Of a stretch of DNA of 64,000 bases, positions 31,114-42,150 are shown piece by piece. The position numbers and the translations under genes are program-made. Every line of letters starts with the position of its first letter. Positions within the stretch are counted from its first letter, which is position 1. This stretch comes from Longimicrobiales bacterium (GTDB lineage: Bacteria > Gemmatimonadota > Gemmatimonadetes > Longimicrobiales > Gaopeijiaceae), in contig CAXXKM010000002.1 in assembly GCA_963664435.2 (NCBI GenBank), positions 256,001 to 320,000 on the forward strand, in the 5' to 3' direction. A model generated the notes under the pieces. It saw nothing but the letters and a program-made list of their open reading frames with translations. It was not told where the DNA came from and did not search any database.

Positions 31114-31769
31114 CATTCGATTCCTCCGATGATGGACTGCACGATCTGCGCACTTGAAAGCTCGCATGTGGGTGGCGTTTTCTCCAGTCGCGCTCAGAAG
31201 CGCGTTTCCGGTCCGGAATCGCGTCGCCGGGGCCGTAGCGCGAAGTGCCATCCGCATCGTGGGTGGGCGGGCACGAAAACGGCTTACGGGGGACACACGT
31301 CCGATTCCAAATATCGTTGGACGCCTTGTGGGTACGGCGCAAAGGGGCGGTGGCGGTGATCCTTGGGATCGTTCCAACCTCCTGATGCCGTTGCCGTCAC
31401 TACGGTGGAGCGCCGGGGTGTGATCAACCTCGTTCCCGTAGCGGCCTAACTTAGCGCAACGCCAGTTGGTGGCGTGGAGTACGGTTCGGCGGAGGCCTCT
31501 AGCGGTGCCAAGCGAGCGAGCGGTGAAGTTTGCTCATGCGATCAAGGGCCGGCAACGTAGACCGCGAGCCAAAGAAGGATGGATCCACCGGAAACAGGAG
31601 CCAAGATTGAGCAGCCACCAAGACCAACAAGTGGATGCGATTCTGGAAATGCTGCAGCGAATCCTGACGGCGCTCGAAAGGCACAACAAGACGCGGGGCA
31701 CATCTCCACAACTCCACGCGGTTTCCGAGTTGTACGATGAGCCCCATTACATCAGAGTCAGTGCCGCCA

Positions 31770-31860
31770 TGCTGGCCCGCCAAAGCGATCCACTCGGCCT
31801 GCCGGCCCGTCAGCGCAAACCGCTCCAACGCCCTCTCGGGGGCTTGAGATGGACGAGCAT
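31770..31860 (-). pseudogene. Short frameshifted remnant of a hypothetical element gene
   Basis: MLVHLK..ALERFALTGRQAEWIALAGQHGG after a GGAG RBS, then loss of coding character. Confidence 0.3.
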
Positions 31861-32087
31861 GCTCCGTCCGCCGTCGTCTCCATGGCGAAGCGGTGAAGAA
31901 CCGGTCGGAGGGAAGTCAACCCGTCGGGAACCTCCAAGATATCCGTAGTTGTGCGACCGGGAGCCCTCCCGGAGGGCGCTCGCGATAGACGCTCGCTCGC
32001 GGGACGCGGATTTCGGGCGGTGTGCCCAGAGGAGGAACCGGCGCTCGCCTCGCCTCCGAGGGCTGCCGTTTCCTTTGGCAGCCGCGC

Positions 32088-33647
32088 TCAGTCCGGCACT
32101 CTGCCGGGCAGCCCGAAGCTGACGAGAACTGGGGTTTCCGAGCCCCTGCGACCCGCGCCCACGGCATCGGCGGCTGTCGTCGCCGCAGCCGAGGCCGCAT
32201 CCTCGCCTCGGAGCACCGAGGTCAGCCTGCCCGTCTCGCGATCCAGCACCAGTGCCATGGCCTGGTCGCTGGCCTCGTTCAGTTCGACCGAACCCTCCGG
32301 ACCCGAAAGTACGATCCGTTCCAGCAGGTCTGCCCAGTCCTCCTCGGCCGGAATCGCAAACAGGAAGTTGCCCCCGCCGTGGCTCAATTCCTCCATCGCG
32401 AAGTCCAGTGAGAACTCGCGACTGCCCCCGGTGGCGAACCCTTCGAGCCGGTAGGGACCGGCCTCGGTCGGAAGCTGGACAGGCAAGTCCAGCGTGAACG
32501 CGGGGTTCAGCCTCAATTCACCGTCCTGAGTAGTGCCACCCCAGAGCAGCAACCGCCGGGCATCTGCCGAACCGGCCTCGGGAGTCGCGGGGGGTGTCGG
32601 GCGGCTTTCCCTCCTCAGGCGCTGCCTCAGTGCACTGGCGAAATGGTAGTCGCTGATCCAGGCCGGAATGCAGTATCCCATCACGTCGGGTGTCGACGGC
32701 GGCACCAGCTCCCCGGAGCGCGCGTCGTATCCCCAGACTCCTATGGAGCCATCGTTGTAGGGATAGTTCAGATCAGCGGACTCGTAGGCGAATCCGAGGT
32801 TGCATGGAGCGTGCCAGATGAGGTACATCGCGTGGCCGAGTTCGTGGGCCATGATGTGATCGATCTCTCGTCGCAACCTGCCGACGCCCACGAACCCTGC
32901 CGCGATTCCGACCGTGCCTGCTCCCGAGCCACCGATGACTCCAAAGTAGTAGCCCGTTCCGCCGTCCATGGTTCGGAGCAGGAGCATTTCGTCGACGAAG
33001 TAGCTCCAGTCCTTGTAGCTATCCGGGTATTCGGTCCGGATGAACGGCTCTCGCACCCTGATGGAATACTCGCCCACTGGGAGCACCTGGGTCACGTATT
33101 CGACCGTGGGGTGTTCCGGTCCCAGCTCCGAGGTCCAATCGAGAACGCCGCTGTCCGGAGCTTGCGCCGTAAGCGTGGGCACGACGGTAAGATCCATGCG
33201 CGGCATCTCGCGCACATCGAGCTGCAGCCGACCCTGCGCGGGAAACCGGGCAACGCTGCCAGCGGCGCGCGGCACGACTCTTCCGGGATCCACCTCTACA
33301 GCCACTTCGACGCCCGGCACCAGGATGTCGCCCGGGACTGCGGCGAGCAGGGACTGATCCGGATGAGCGGCAGCCGCATCCTCGGGGATGCCCAACTCTG
33401 AACGGAGTTCGAGTTCCGCGCGGTGGACCTCCCGGCCGTTCAGGAAGAACCGCGCCTCTCCGCCGGGCTGGTAGTCGTTCGCGTGGTCGGCGGTCACGAG
33501 CACGCGCACGAGCCCGTCGCGCCCCGCGATCAGCGGCACGCGCCCCGCGAGATCCTGGGCCGCCTGATTGACATGCGCGCCGACCACGGAAAGCCGGACT
33601 GCCGGCGAGCAGTTCGTGCCGCCCGTATGGCTCTCGATCGCCCCTAG
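32088..33647 (-). pseudogene. 3' part of the IS-interrupted surface lipoprotein: zinc metalloprotease (M66-like) domain
   Basis: HELGHAMYLIWHAPC zincin motif and DVMGYC Met-turn; in frame with 35333-38273 once the IS is removed. Confidence 0.82.
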
Positions 33648-35332
33648 CCCGGATTTCTCACAGGGTGGCGGATTTGGGTGTGGAATGAAGGATTGAGGCC
33701 GTGGTTGGGCGGGTCAACCGGGTTGCAGGGCGGGAAGGGGTCCCGGTTTCGTCGTGTGAGAGGCGAGAGACGGGGAGAACTGCTGGCTGAAGGGGTCTTC
33801 ACTGCTCGCGGGGCGCACGGGTCCCGGCGGTCTTGCCGAGAGGATGTCCGGAGTGCGTGGGAACTACGCTGGCAATCGTGCGTGGACCCGGGCGAAGGCG
33901 GTCGCGGAGGGGTGTGCGGAGTCCATCGCGACCTTGAGCCGCCGGATGGAGACGGTGACGCGGGCACCGATCTTGAGGAGCTTGAGCCGGAGGGTTCCGG
34001 CGGTGGCGCGGGCCAGGCGCGTGCCGTGGAGCGCACGGCGCAGGGCGTCGAAGAGAATCGAGGCGAAGGCGGAGAAGAGGAGCCGGAGCTGGTTGGCGGC
34101 GAAGCGGGAGGCGGAGGTCCGGTCGGAGAACAGGTCCAGCTGCTGCTCCTTGATCGCGTTCTCCATGTTGCCCCTCGGGCAGTAGACGCGCTCGTAGACG
34201 GACCGGGCCGAGAAGGTGTCGGGCAGCGAGGTGACGACGAAGCGGGGGTTGGACTTGCCGGGCAGGTGCTCGGCCTTGGCGACGACCCGGCGCTTGCGGG
34301 ACCAGCTTGTGAGGGTGGCGTAGAGGAACTCGGTGAACCGTCGGGCCGACCGGCCCCGGCGCTCCGCTGACGCCGCGGCGTCAGCCAACTCCGGGCCGAT
34401 CTTCTTGACGAGCCGCGAGTTCCGGGCCAGGCCGATGGCGTAGTCGACGTCGTTGTCTTCGCACCAGGCCAGGAGGTCTTCGCGGGCATAGGCGGAATCG
34501 GCCCGAAGCAGGATCTGCAGTCTCGGCCACCGTTGCCGGAGCCGTTCGACGATGCGGCCGAGGGGCCCCCTCACGCCTCCGGCGGGATCCGCGTTGCCCG
34601 GCCTCAGCAGCGCGAAGAGCGGGCGGCCGCCGCAGGTGATGTACAGCGGCAGGAAGCAGTAGTGGTTGTAGTAGCCGTGGTAGAAGCCGCCCTCCTGGCG
34701 GCCGTGGACCTCGTCGTCGGTCGAATCGATGTCCAGCACGAGCCGGGACGGCCGCCTCCCCCTCCAGGCGTCGATGAACGACTCGAGCAGCACGGCCTGC
34801 AGCGCGTCCGCATCGTGCTCGATCCTGTGGTACCGCCCCGGCGCCCCGGCGGGAGGTGCATGCTCCAGACGGTTCAGCGTGCTCTTGCCCGCCAGCGCCG
34901 CGCAGTTCCTGCGGCGGCCCTCGAGCTTCCCGGAAAACAGCGCCAGCAGCGGGTCGTGCCGCAGCTCGTCATGGTCGTTGAGATCCTCGTATCCCAGCGC
35001 AATGCCCATGATCCGCTGCGCCACCAGCGTCTCGACCGAGTGCTCTGTCAGGCGGGCATCGCGGTGGTCCGTGAAGCACGCGGCCACCCGGTCGACGAGC
35101 CCAGTGGACCGGTCGGCCGCTCTGAGCAGCAGCGCTCCCCCGTTCGACGTAATCGATCCGCCGTCGAACGCCGCGGTCACCTTCCGGCCCTGGCACCCTT
35201 GAAATCCGAACGAAACGGGTCTATACTGTGTCGGCATCGGTCCTCTGGTGTGGTGACTGTCAAGTTTGTGCGGCACATAAACTTAACAACCCCCGGAGGC
35301 CGATGCCATCTTATTGCTGTGAGAAATCCGGG
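33648..35332 (-). mobile_element. IS1380 family insertion sequence (1685 bp)
   Basis: Perfect 16-bp terminal inverted repeats CCCGGATTTCTCACAG (33648-33663) / CTGTGAGAAATCCGGG (35317-35332); flanked by CTAG/ATAG (imperfect TSD). Confidence 0.95.
33864..35237 (-). CDS. IS1380 family DDE transposase
   Basis: FDGGSITSNGG, GYEDLNDHD, LDIDSTDD, RADSAY and RGNMENAIKE motifs. Confidence 0.96.
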   Translation of the reverse strand: MPTQYRPVSFGFQGCQGRKVTAAFDGGSITSNGGALLLRAADRSTGLVDRVAACFTDHRDARLTEHSVETLVAQRIMGIALGYEDLNDHDELRHDPLLALFSGKLEGRRRNCAALAGKSTLNRLEHAPPAGAPGRYHRIEHDADALQAVLLESFIDAWRGRRPSRLVLDIDSTDDEVHGRQEGGFYHGYYNHYCFLPLYITCGGRPLFALLRPGNADPAGGVRGPLGRIVERLRQRWPRLQILLRADSAYAREDLLAWCEDNDVDYAIGLARNSRLVKKIGPELADAAASAERRGRSARRFTEFLYATLTSWSRKRRVVAKAEHLPGKSNPRFVVTSLPDTFSARSVYERVYCPRGNMENAIKEQQLDLFSDRTSASRFAANQLRLLFSAFASILFDALRRALHGTRLARATAGTLRLKLLKIGARVTVSIRRLKVAMDSAHPSATAFARVHARLPA

Positions 35333-38273
35333 ATAGCCACGCCTGGTACCATTCGACCGCCGGCGCGCAGAGACCGCTGTCGTTCCATTGGAAGTCGGCC
35401 AGATTCGGCAGCCCGGCCAAGGAACCGGGCAGCGCGCCGGTGAACCGGTTGCCCGCCACGAGCAGGGTCGTGAGTTCCGAGAGGTTTCCGAGTGCGGCCG
35501 GAAGCCGGCCGTCGAACCGGTTAGCCGACAGATACAGCTCGCGGAGTTCCGCCAGCTTGCCCAGTTCGCCCGGTAGTTCGCCAGCCAGCCGATTGTCCCG
35601 GAGATCGAGACGCCTCAGGTCCGCGAGGAATCCGATTTCCGGCGGGACCGTACCCGAGAGCCCGTTGGCGCGAAGGTCCAGCTCCGTCACGCGGCCTTCC
35701 TCGTCCGTCGTCACGCCATGCCACTCCGACACCGGCTGATCCGTCAGCCAACCGATTGCGTTTGTCCACCCGGGGCCGCCAGCCGCCTCGTACAGTGCCG
35801 CCAGCGCGTCCGCGAAGCAGGTGGGTCCGCCCCTCATGTCCCGGATGGTCTCCAGCCACGCCTGAAACTTCGGATCGGTAGGCGCGCACAGCCCGGTGTC
35901 CTCCCACACGAACCTCGTGAGCGGCAAGTCGATCAACTCAGTCGGGATCGGTCCCGCCAACTCGTTCTCTGCCACAGTCAGGATTTCCAGGCGGCGAAGA
36001 TTGCCGAGCTCGGGCGGAAGAAGGCCGGTCAGATTGTTGTCGCTGAACAACAGGTACCTCAGGTCCACGAGATTGCCTAGTTCCGGCGGCACCACCCCCT
36101 CCAGGCTGTTGCCCTGGAGCAGCAGTTCGGACAGCCGGGTCAGCCCGCCGAGCCACGGCGGGATCGACCCGCTCAGGTCGTTGTGGGGAAGATAGAGACG
36201 TCGGAGGTTCTGGAGTTCGCCGAGCGAGGGCGGAATCGAGCCCGTTAGCTCACTATAGTGGAGCGTGAGGCTCTCGAGATCCGCGAGGTTGCCGAGTTCC
36301 GGTGGAATCGAGCCCGTAAAGCGGTTATAGCCCAGCTCCAGAAGCCGAAGCTCGGAGAGATTACTCAGCTCGCGCGGAATCGGGCCCGTGAACTGCGGGC
36401 AACAAGCGTAGGCGGTGAGATCCAGCTCGCGCAGACTGACGAGACCGCCGAGTTCCACCGGAATTTCGCCCGTCAAGTCAAGGTTCTGACCGAGGTCGAG
36501 GACCTCCAGTTTCGCGAGGGCTCCCAGTTCTGCCGGAATCGTGCCCGACAGGCGGTTCGCCCTCAGCCTCAACGAGCGCAGCTCCGGGAGACCAGCGAAG
36601 AACGGCGGAATGTGGCCGACGAGTTCGTTCGCGGAAAGATCCACGCGTTCGAGATCGGTGAGCTTGCCAAGATCCGAGGGGATGGCACCGGTCAGCGCAT
36701 TCTCGCTCAGGTTCAGTTCCTCAAGATTGGAGAGATCGCCTAGTTGCGCCGGAATGCCGCCAGTGAAGTTGTTGCCGTACAGGTTGAGCGACTCGAGGTC
36801 GGCGAGCCTGCCCAGCTCCGGCGGAATCGGTCCTGTCAATTCGGTGCGGGAGAGATTCAGCTCGCGCAATTCCGAGAGATACGCGAGTTCCACCGGAATC
36901 GAGCCGTGTAGCCGATTGGACAAAGCCAGGGTGACCACCCGGCCGTCGCCGTCGGTCTCGACGCCATGCCACGAATCCAGAGGCAGGTCCGTCAGCCAGC
37001 CCTCGCTGTTGTGCCAGAACGATCCGTTGGTGGCGTTGTAGAGCGTGACCAGAATATCCCGGTCGCTCGGATACCAGACCAGCATGTCGATGGTGCCGCT
37101 AATATCCGAGCCCGCCGACCCGGCGGCCGTGATCTCCACCGCGCCCTCCGCAACCGCCGTCACCAGACCGGTATCGTCCACCGTCGCCACGGTCTCGTTG
37201 CTCGTCGACCAGACAAACACGACGCCCGCATCCGCTACCGGAAAGCCGTTCGCGTCGGTCGGCTCCGCCAGCAACCGGACCGCCTCTCCCGGAGCCCGGA
37301 GCGTGTCCACCGCCGGCGTGATGCGAACACCCTTGATATCCTGGACCACCGTCACACGAGCCTTGGCCGACAGCGTTCCCGTCACCGGCGAACTGGTCGC
37401 CGCCGAGATCGTTGCACTCCCGGTCCCGACCGCGGTTACCAACCCCGTTGAGTTCACCGCCGCCACCGTCTCGTCGGCCGAAGTCCATTCGATCGTGCCC
37501 ACGCGCGTGACCGTGTGGCCGTTGGCATCCACCGCTTGTGCCGTCAGTCGCGTGGTGTCTCCCAGCGCCTGGAGCGCAACCTCGGCCGGAGCGATTCCCC
37601 GGAATTCGACCGCTCGCTGCGCGACCTCCACGACTGCCTCCGCAGTCATCCCCGAGACCGTCGCCGATATCGTCGAGCGTCCGTTCCCGACCGCCGTCAC
37701 CAGACCCGTGGAGTCCACGGTTGCAACTGTGCCTGCCGAACTTGCCCAAGCGAAATCGGATCCGACTGCGACCAGGTTGTCGGCGTCGTCATACGCCACC
37801 GCCTCCATCCGTATCGTGCCTGCAAGAGCAAAGAGTTGGAAGAAATCGCGCTCCATGCCGACCCGCGTAGGTTCTCCCAACTCCACCTTGACCGATACCC
37901 TGGACTGTACGCTCCCTTGGCCTCCTGGCATGCCCGTGAGGCTCGTGCCTAGCACCTCACCGGTGACGGTCGCCGACCCTCCGCCCACCGCAGTCACTGA
38001 GGCGCGGTAGGTGTCGGTAATGGACGGCACCATCGCCACCGACTCGTCGCTGCTGGCCCAAAACATCTTGGGCCCGTCCGGATTACTGCGCGCCGGGGGG
38101 GGACCGCCGACCTCTGCGGTCAGTTCCGCCTGCTGTCCGATTCCTCGAAGAACTACCTCTCCTGGTCGAATTTCCAAAGTAATTGGTGCTTTGGGCTCCA
38201 CCGGATCATCCCCACACCCGGCCACGAGCAACAGGAGCAGACGTGCTCTCGAGTGCCACCACCGCCGGATCAC
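35333..38273 (-). pseudogene. 5' part of the IS-interrupted lipoprotein: Big_2 Ig-like repeats plus plant-type 24-aa leucine-rich repeats
   Basis: Lipobox LVAGC; WxSSxxxVATVDxxGLVTAV repeats; many LxxLxLxxNxLTGxIPxELGxL units; W(H)GV caps. Confidence 0.9.
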
Positions 38274-38638
38274 GGTGTGACCGTCACCCATTCAGCCACC
38301 ACGCCGACCCCGCCTTGCCCGTCCCGCACCGCCAGCATGACCAGGAAGGTCCCCGCGGTCGCATATCTGTGGACATGCACTGCCTTCGTTCCCGCCGCCG
38401 CGCCGTCACCGGTCGACCACTGCCAGGCCGCGATCCCCGCATCGTCCGTCGACGTGCTCGTGAAGGTGCAATTCAGCCCGCTGCAGGACGTTGTGAAATC
38501 GGCGGTCGGCGGGGTGTTGGTTGCCCGGAACGGCCCACCGGTCGTGAGGGACAGAGTTGCGGACGTGGAGTTGTTGTGATCGTCCGTCACCGTCAGCACG
38601 ACGGTATAGGTGCCTTGCGAATCATAAGTATGGTCCAC
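38270..38638 (-). pseudogene. C-terminal PKD-domain fragment (5' truncated)
   Basis: HTYDSQGTYTVVLTVTD, PTADFT, WQWSTGDG and HRYATAGTF motifs; no signal peptide. Confidence 0.7.
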
Positions 38639-38825
38639 CTCCCGGCCCGAGCCCGAGAACTCTTCTAAGTCTAATCAGGACTCCACGATCTGCCGTTCTC
38701 GCCGTTGACGAAGATCTGGATCCGTCGGCCCGAAACAGCGGAGACTGGGGGCCAAACGGCGGACATTGTAGTAGCTGTCCCACAAGGAAGCGAGCGCGGC
38801 GAGGCTCCGCTCGGCCGCGTCATTC

Positions 38826-39060
38826 ACGCGGCGGCGTCACTCCGTGCTGGGCTATCGCTCGCCGCTCGAGTTCGAACGTCTCCACGTGGCCACTGTGGAC
38901 GGCCCGGCCTGTGAACGCCCTCCGGGCGCCCACGAGTCCGTTGGAGCCCGCGCTACGCGCGGACTCCAAACCGCCCACAGGAAGAGATGTTGATGTACAG
39001 GCCATAACGTGAACCCAAAATAACGTTAACCTGTCCGCGAGAGCGGGGCAACAAAGCTCA
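38826..39060 (+). mobile_element. IS3-family 3' end remnant
   Basis: RRRHSVLGYRSPLEFER (IS3 OrfB C-terminal motif) at 38829-38879, followed by an IS3-like end CTGTCCGCGAGAGCGGGGCAAC (39031-39052). Confidence 0.65.
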
Positions 39061-39067
39061 GCACCCT

Positions 39068-40048
39068 TCAGCCCGGTCCAGTGTAGTTGGCTTCGGAAGA
39101 CACCGGCCCATATATGTTCGCGGAGGTGCACGGTCCTTTCCTTATGAATCTCCCGGATCCCTGGATCGCCTGCACGCTGAACACCGGCCAGTCTTCCGGG
39201 TCGGTGTCCCCCGACCTGCCCAGGCCCGCCTGGACGGCCAGGGTATAGGTCGTTACACCATTGGATCCACTCAAAGACGGGAACGGGCCTTTCCACTGTG
39301 GGCCCGTAGTTGGGCCCGTACGGCATCTATCGATTTGTGTGCGGTACGCGCCGACCCAGACGTGGAAATTGCTGGTATTGCTCGACCTTTCCCAACGGAT
39401 AATGTAATCGTGGCCGTGATTCCACTCCACCGTAAGATTCGGGATGGGCCCCGGCCCCGGGGCGTTGGCCTGGTCCGTCTCCAGACCGCGTATGGTGAAG
39501 TCCAGTCGATGCGACAGAATCCGGCCGTCTTCGGTGCACAACGCGCTGGACCCCGCGCAACGCGTGCGCCGCCAGGCCCTGGACCGGTCTACAATTCGCA
39601 CAGTCCCCTCCCCAGATGGCTCCACAGTGAGTTGCCAGTGGCTGGTCACCCATCCGCTTCTTCCGTCCGACCGCCGCTTACGGTCCTGGCGGGTCGCTTT
39701 CTTGATGCGGCCCCCGCTGGTCTGGAAGGAGCCGCGGCTTCTGTGAGCTATATACTGGGGCTTGGTGACAATCGGCTCGCTGAAGATGAGCTCGACGGTG
39801 AAGGCACTCCCGTCGTGATCGCTCGGATGCAAGACGTCGGCAGTGAGGGGCACAGCCCCCGATCGGTTGGCCCGCATCGGCAGAGGGCCAGTGTTGAGCG
39901 TGTCGCTCGCGAGCACGGTGACCTCGTGCGCGGGCGAGGTAGTCGCCAGCGTCACGGAGCTAGGGTCAGGTGTGGTTGGGGATTGAATGTCCGAACAACC
40001 CAACAGCACAACAGCAGCCAGTGAGCCAGTGAAAATCCGTCTATTCAT
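39068..40048 (-). CDS. Secreted lipoprotein with beta-rich (Ig/fibronectin-like) domains
   Basis: MNRRIFTGSLAAVVLLGC lipobox; HDGSAFTVELIFSEP and WQLTVEPSG..ALCTEDGR segments. Confidence 0.7.
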   Translation of the reverse strand: MNRRIFTGSLAAVVLLGCSDIQSPTTPDPSSVTLATTSPAHEVTVLASDTLNTGPLPMRANRSGAVPLTADVLHPSDHDGSAFTVELIFSEPIVTKPQYIAHRSRGSFQTSGGRIKKATRQDRKRRSDGRSGWVTSHWQLTVEPSGEGTVRIVDRSRAWRRTRCAGSSALCTEDGRILSHRLDFTIRGLETDQANAPGPGPIPNLTVEWNHGHDYIIRWERSSNTSNFHVWVGAYRTQIDRCRTGPTTGPQWKGPFPSLSGSNGVTTYTLAVQAGLGRSGDTDPEDWPVFSVQAIQGSGRFIRKGPCTSANIYGPVSSEANYTGPG

Positions 40049-40148
40049 GGGCCTGAGGTCTCCTTGAAGTTGTGCCCCGCTCCTCGCTGTCTCGCGGGGG
40101 CGTCCACTAATGAAGAAAGAAGAATACACGAGTTGTACTGGACGCGCG

Positions 40149-40164
40149 TCCCCAATATTGGGGA
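40149..40164. promoter_or_regulatory. Perfect 16-bp palindrome TCCCCAATATTGGGGA (copy 1); putative LuxR-type operator
   Basis: Identical copy at 41687-41702; lies upstream of the 39068-40048 gene. Confidence 0.65.
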
Positions 40165-40247
40165 GATGTTGCGTCTTCTTCTGAGGATATTCAGGTAGTT
40201 CCGAAAAGGCGGAAGAGGTCAGCGCCGACCCGCGGCGGCTTCCGCCT

Positions 40248-41402
40248 TCAGCGCCGGGATTCCGGAGCGCCGCCCAGCGAAAGCACGAGCCGCACCAGGT
40301 CCGCCTGCCGGGACAGGCCGTGCTTGGTGAACATGCGCTTCACATGCGAACGGATCGTGCTTTCCCCGCGGCCCGTCGCCGCGGCGACCTCGCGGACGGT
40401 CATGCCTTCGGCCAACAGCGTCGCCACACGGCCCTCCATCCCGGTGAGCCCGAGCACCCGCGCCGCCACGGCCGGATCGATGCGGATCCGGCTCGCCGGG
40501 TCGGTGACCAGCACCAGCGCCGCGACCGGCCAGATCCGCAAGTCTGTCTCCGGTCGGCCAACCGGGTTGACGTGCAGCGCCAGCGGTGGCAGGGGCCAAG
40601 GGCGGCTGACCATCGTCGGGCCGGCGGCGCCCTGAGCCCCGGAGGGTGGCAGCGCTCGCGCCAACACCGCCTGGAGTTTGGCGTTGTCCTCCTTCAAGCG
40701 GGCGTGGAGGAAACCGCCCTTGTCGAACAGACCCTCGCCGGTCCGGAGCACATCCCGGGCGCGGTCGTTCGCCTCCACGATCCGCCCGCGCCCATCGAGC
40801 TGCACGATGCCCAACCCGGTGATGTCGAGCAGCGTCGCCACGGACGCACCCAGTGCGCCGGCCCCGGCCAGCGCCTGCTGTACGCACACGCATTGACGGA
40901 TATGGGGCAGGAGGCGCCGGATCAAGTTGAGCTGGGCGGACGACCAGCCATTCCCGTCGACCGAGTCGTTGACGTGCCAGACGATCCGCGAGCCACCCGG
41001 CCCGTCCAGGCGCACAATGATGCTGTTGCCGCCGCCATGGGAGGGGACCAGCAGCTCGTTGTACGTCGCGGAGGTCTTCAGCTCCTCCTCGCGGTAGAGG
41101 TCGGTGACATGGACCAGCTTGCTGTCGGGGAGACGCCGGACGCGCGGGACCCGTTCGTCCAGGGCATAGTAGTTCTCAAAATATTCCCGCTCCAATGCCC
41201 GCCGCCGTTGTCCGCGGGCGAACGACCACGCAAAGATCATCCGGATGTCCTTTTCGGAGTCACCGTCGGCGAACAACATGCTGCTGCCGTGCGTGCGCAG
41301 GGCGTCGTCGATGAGCGCGGTGGCGCTCGACCACCGCGCACGGTCGAACGCCGTCTCGTGCAGCGAAGCCAGGATGGCGTGGAACACCTCCCGTTCGCTC
41401 AT
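40248..41402 (-). CDS. LuxR-type HTH transcriptional regulator with PAS-like domain
   Basis: C-terminal LTGMEGRVATLLAEGMTVREVA...TIRSHVKRMFTKHGLSRQADLV; central LDGRGRIVEAN. Confidence 0.9.
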   Translation of the reverse strand: MSEREVFHAILASLHETAFDRARWSSATALIDDALRTHGSSMLFADGDSEKDIRMIFAWSFARGQRRRALEREYFENYYALDERVPRVRRLPDSKLVHVTDLYREEELKTSATYNELLVPSHGGGNSIIVRLDGPGGSRIVWHVNDSVDGNGWSSAQLNLIRRLLPHIRQCVCVQQALAGAGALGASVATLLDITGLGIVQLDGRGRIVEANDRARDVLRTGEGLFDKGGFLHARLKEDNAKLQAVLARALPPSGAQGAAGPTMVSRPWPLPPLALHVNPVGRPETDLRIWPVAALVLVTDPASRIRIDPAVAARVLGLTGMEGRVATLLAEGMTVREVAAATGRGESTIRSHVKRMFTKHGLSRQADLVRLVLSLGGAPESRR

Positions 41403-41686
41403 CGGCGCGCCGTCGCTCGCGGACCGTGGGCCACCCGGATTCCGGTCGGCTCTCTCGCCATGAACCCTCCCCCCGTGTCGCTGATGCACCGCTGCAACCC
41501 TGCGCCCCGCTACGTCCAGGGCCGTACTGCCCGCGCCGACGCCAGGGGACACCCGCACCGCCTTCAGGGGCAGGGCAGGTAACACGGCAGACACGAGGAA
41601 TGCGTCCTCCGCACGCTGGCCCGAATGCGCGCACCTTCTGAAAAAATCAGATCTTGAATAGTACACGAATTGTGCGCGGGTACGCA

Positions 41687-41702
41687 TCCCCAATATTGGG
41701 GA
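41687..41702. promoter_or_regulatory. Perfect 16-bp palindrome TCCCCAATATTGGGGA (copy 2)
   Basis: Upstream of the LuxR gene; flanking TACACGAnTTGT is also shared with copy 1. Confidence 0.65.
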
Positions 41703-41793
41703 GAACGGCGGCTTTTCCTGACCGTGGTATGGCAGGGGGAAACGAGCTCAAGGAGCGGAGCCGGATCTCCTGACAAGCCTGTTTGTGCTCTCA

Positions 41794-42140
41794 CCCGGAC
41801 CGGTCACCAGCACTGCCGGCGATCGAGCTTACGTATGCGTTAAGAGTATATACGACACATACTTACCATTAATCACGGGAACGATCCCAGTCATGACACA
41901 GCGTGTGCGGGAGTCCATTGCTTTTCAAGGGGTGGGCCGACGTCAGGTCATAGGCCGATTTGACGGTGGGCGCATGTCGTCGGACGGCGGAGCCCTTCTG
42001 TTGCGGGAAGCGGACAGGGTACTGGACGTGGCCGTCCGGATCGTGGCTTGCTTCGACGATCACCGGGATCCGGCCCGAACGGAGCACCCGGTCGGGGCGC
42101 TGGTCAGGCAGCGGGTGTTCGGGCTCGCGCTGGCGGATAT
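41794..42140 (+). pseudogene. Truncated IS1380-family element (left end plus first ~80 codons)
   Basis: ATG 41893: FDGGRMSSDGGALLLREADR...FDDHRDPARTEH..LVRQRVFGLALA, homologous to 33864-35237; CCCGGA..TCAC end at 41794. Confidence 0.85.
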
Positions 42141-42150
42141 GGGGCAGGAG

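Noticed and set aside
35400..36930. 72-bp periodicity as a possible CRISPR or DNA repeat array
   Set aside because: Explained by 24-aa leucine-rich repeats with synonymous divergence
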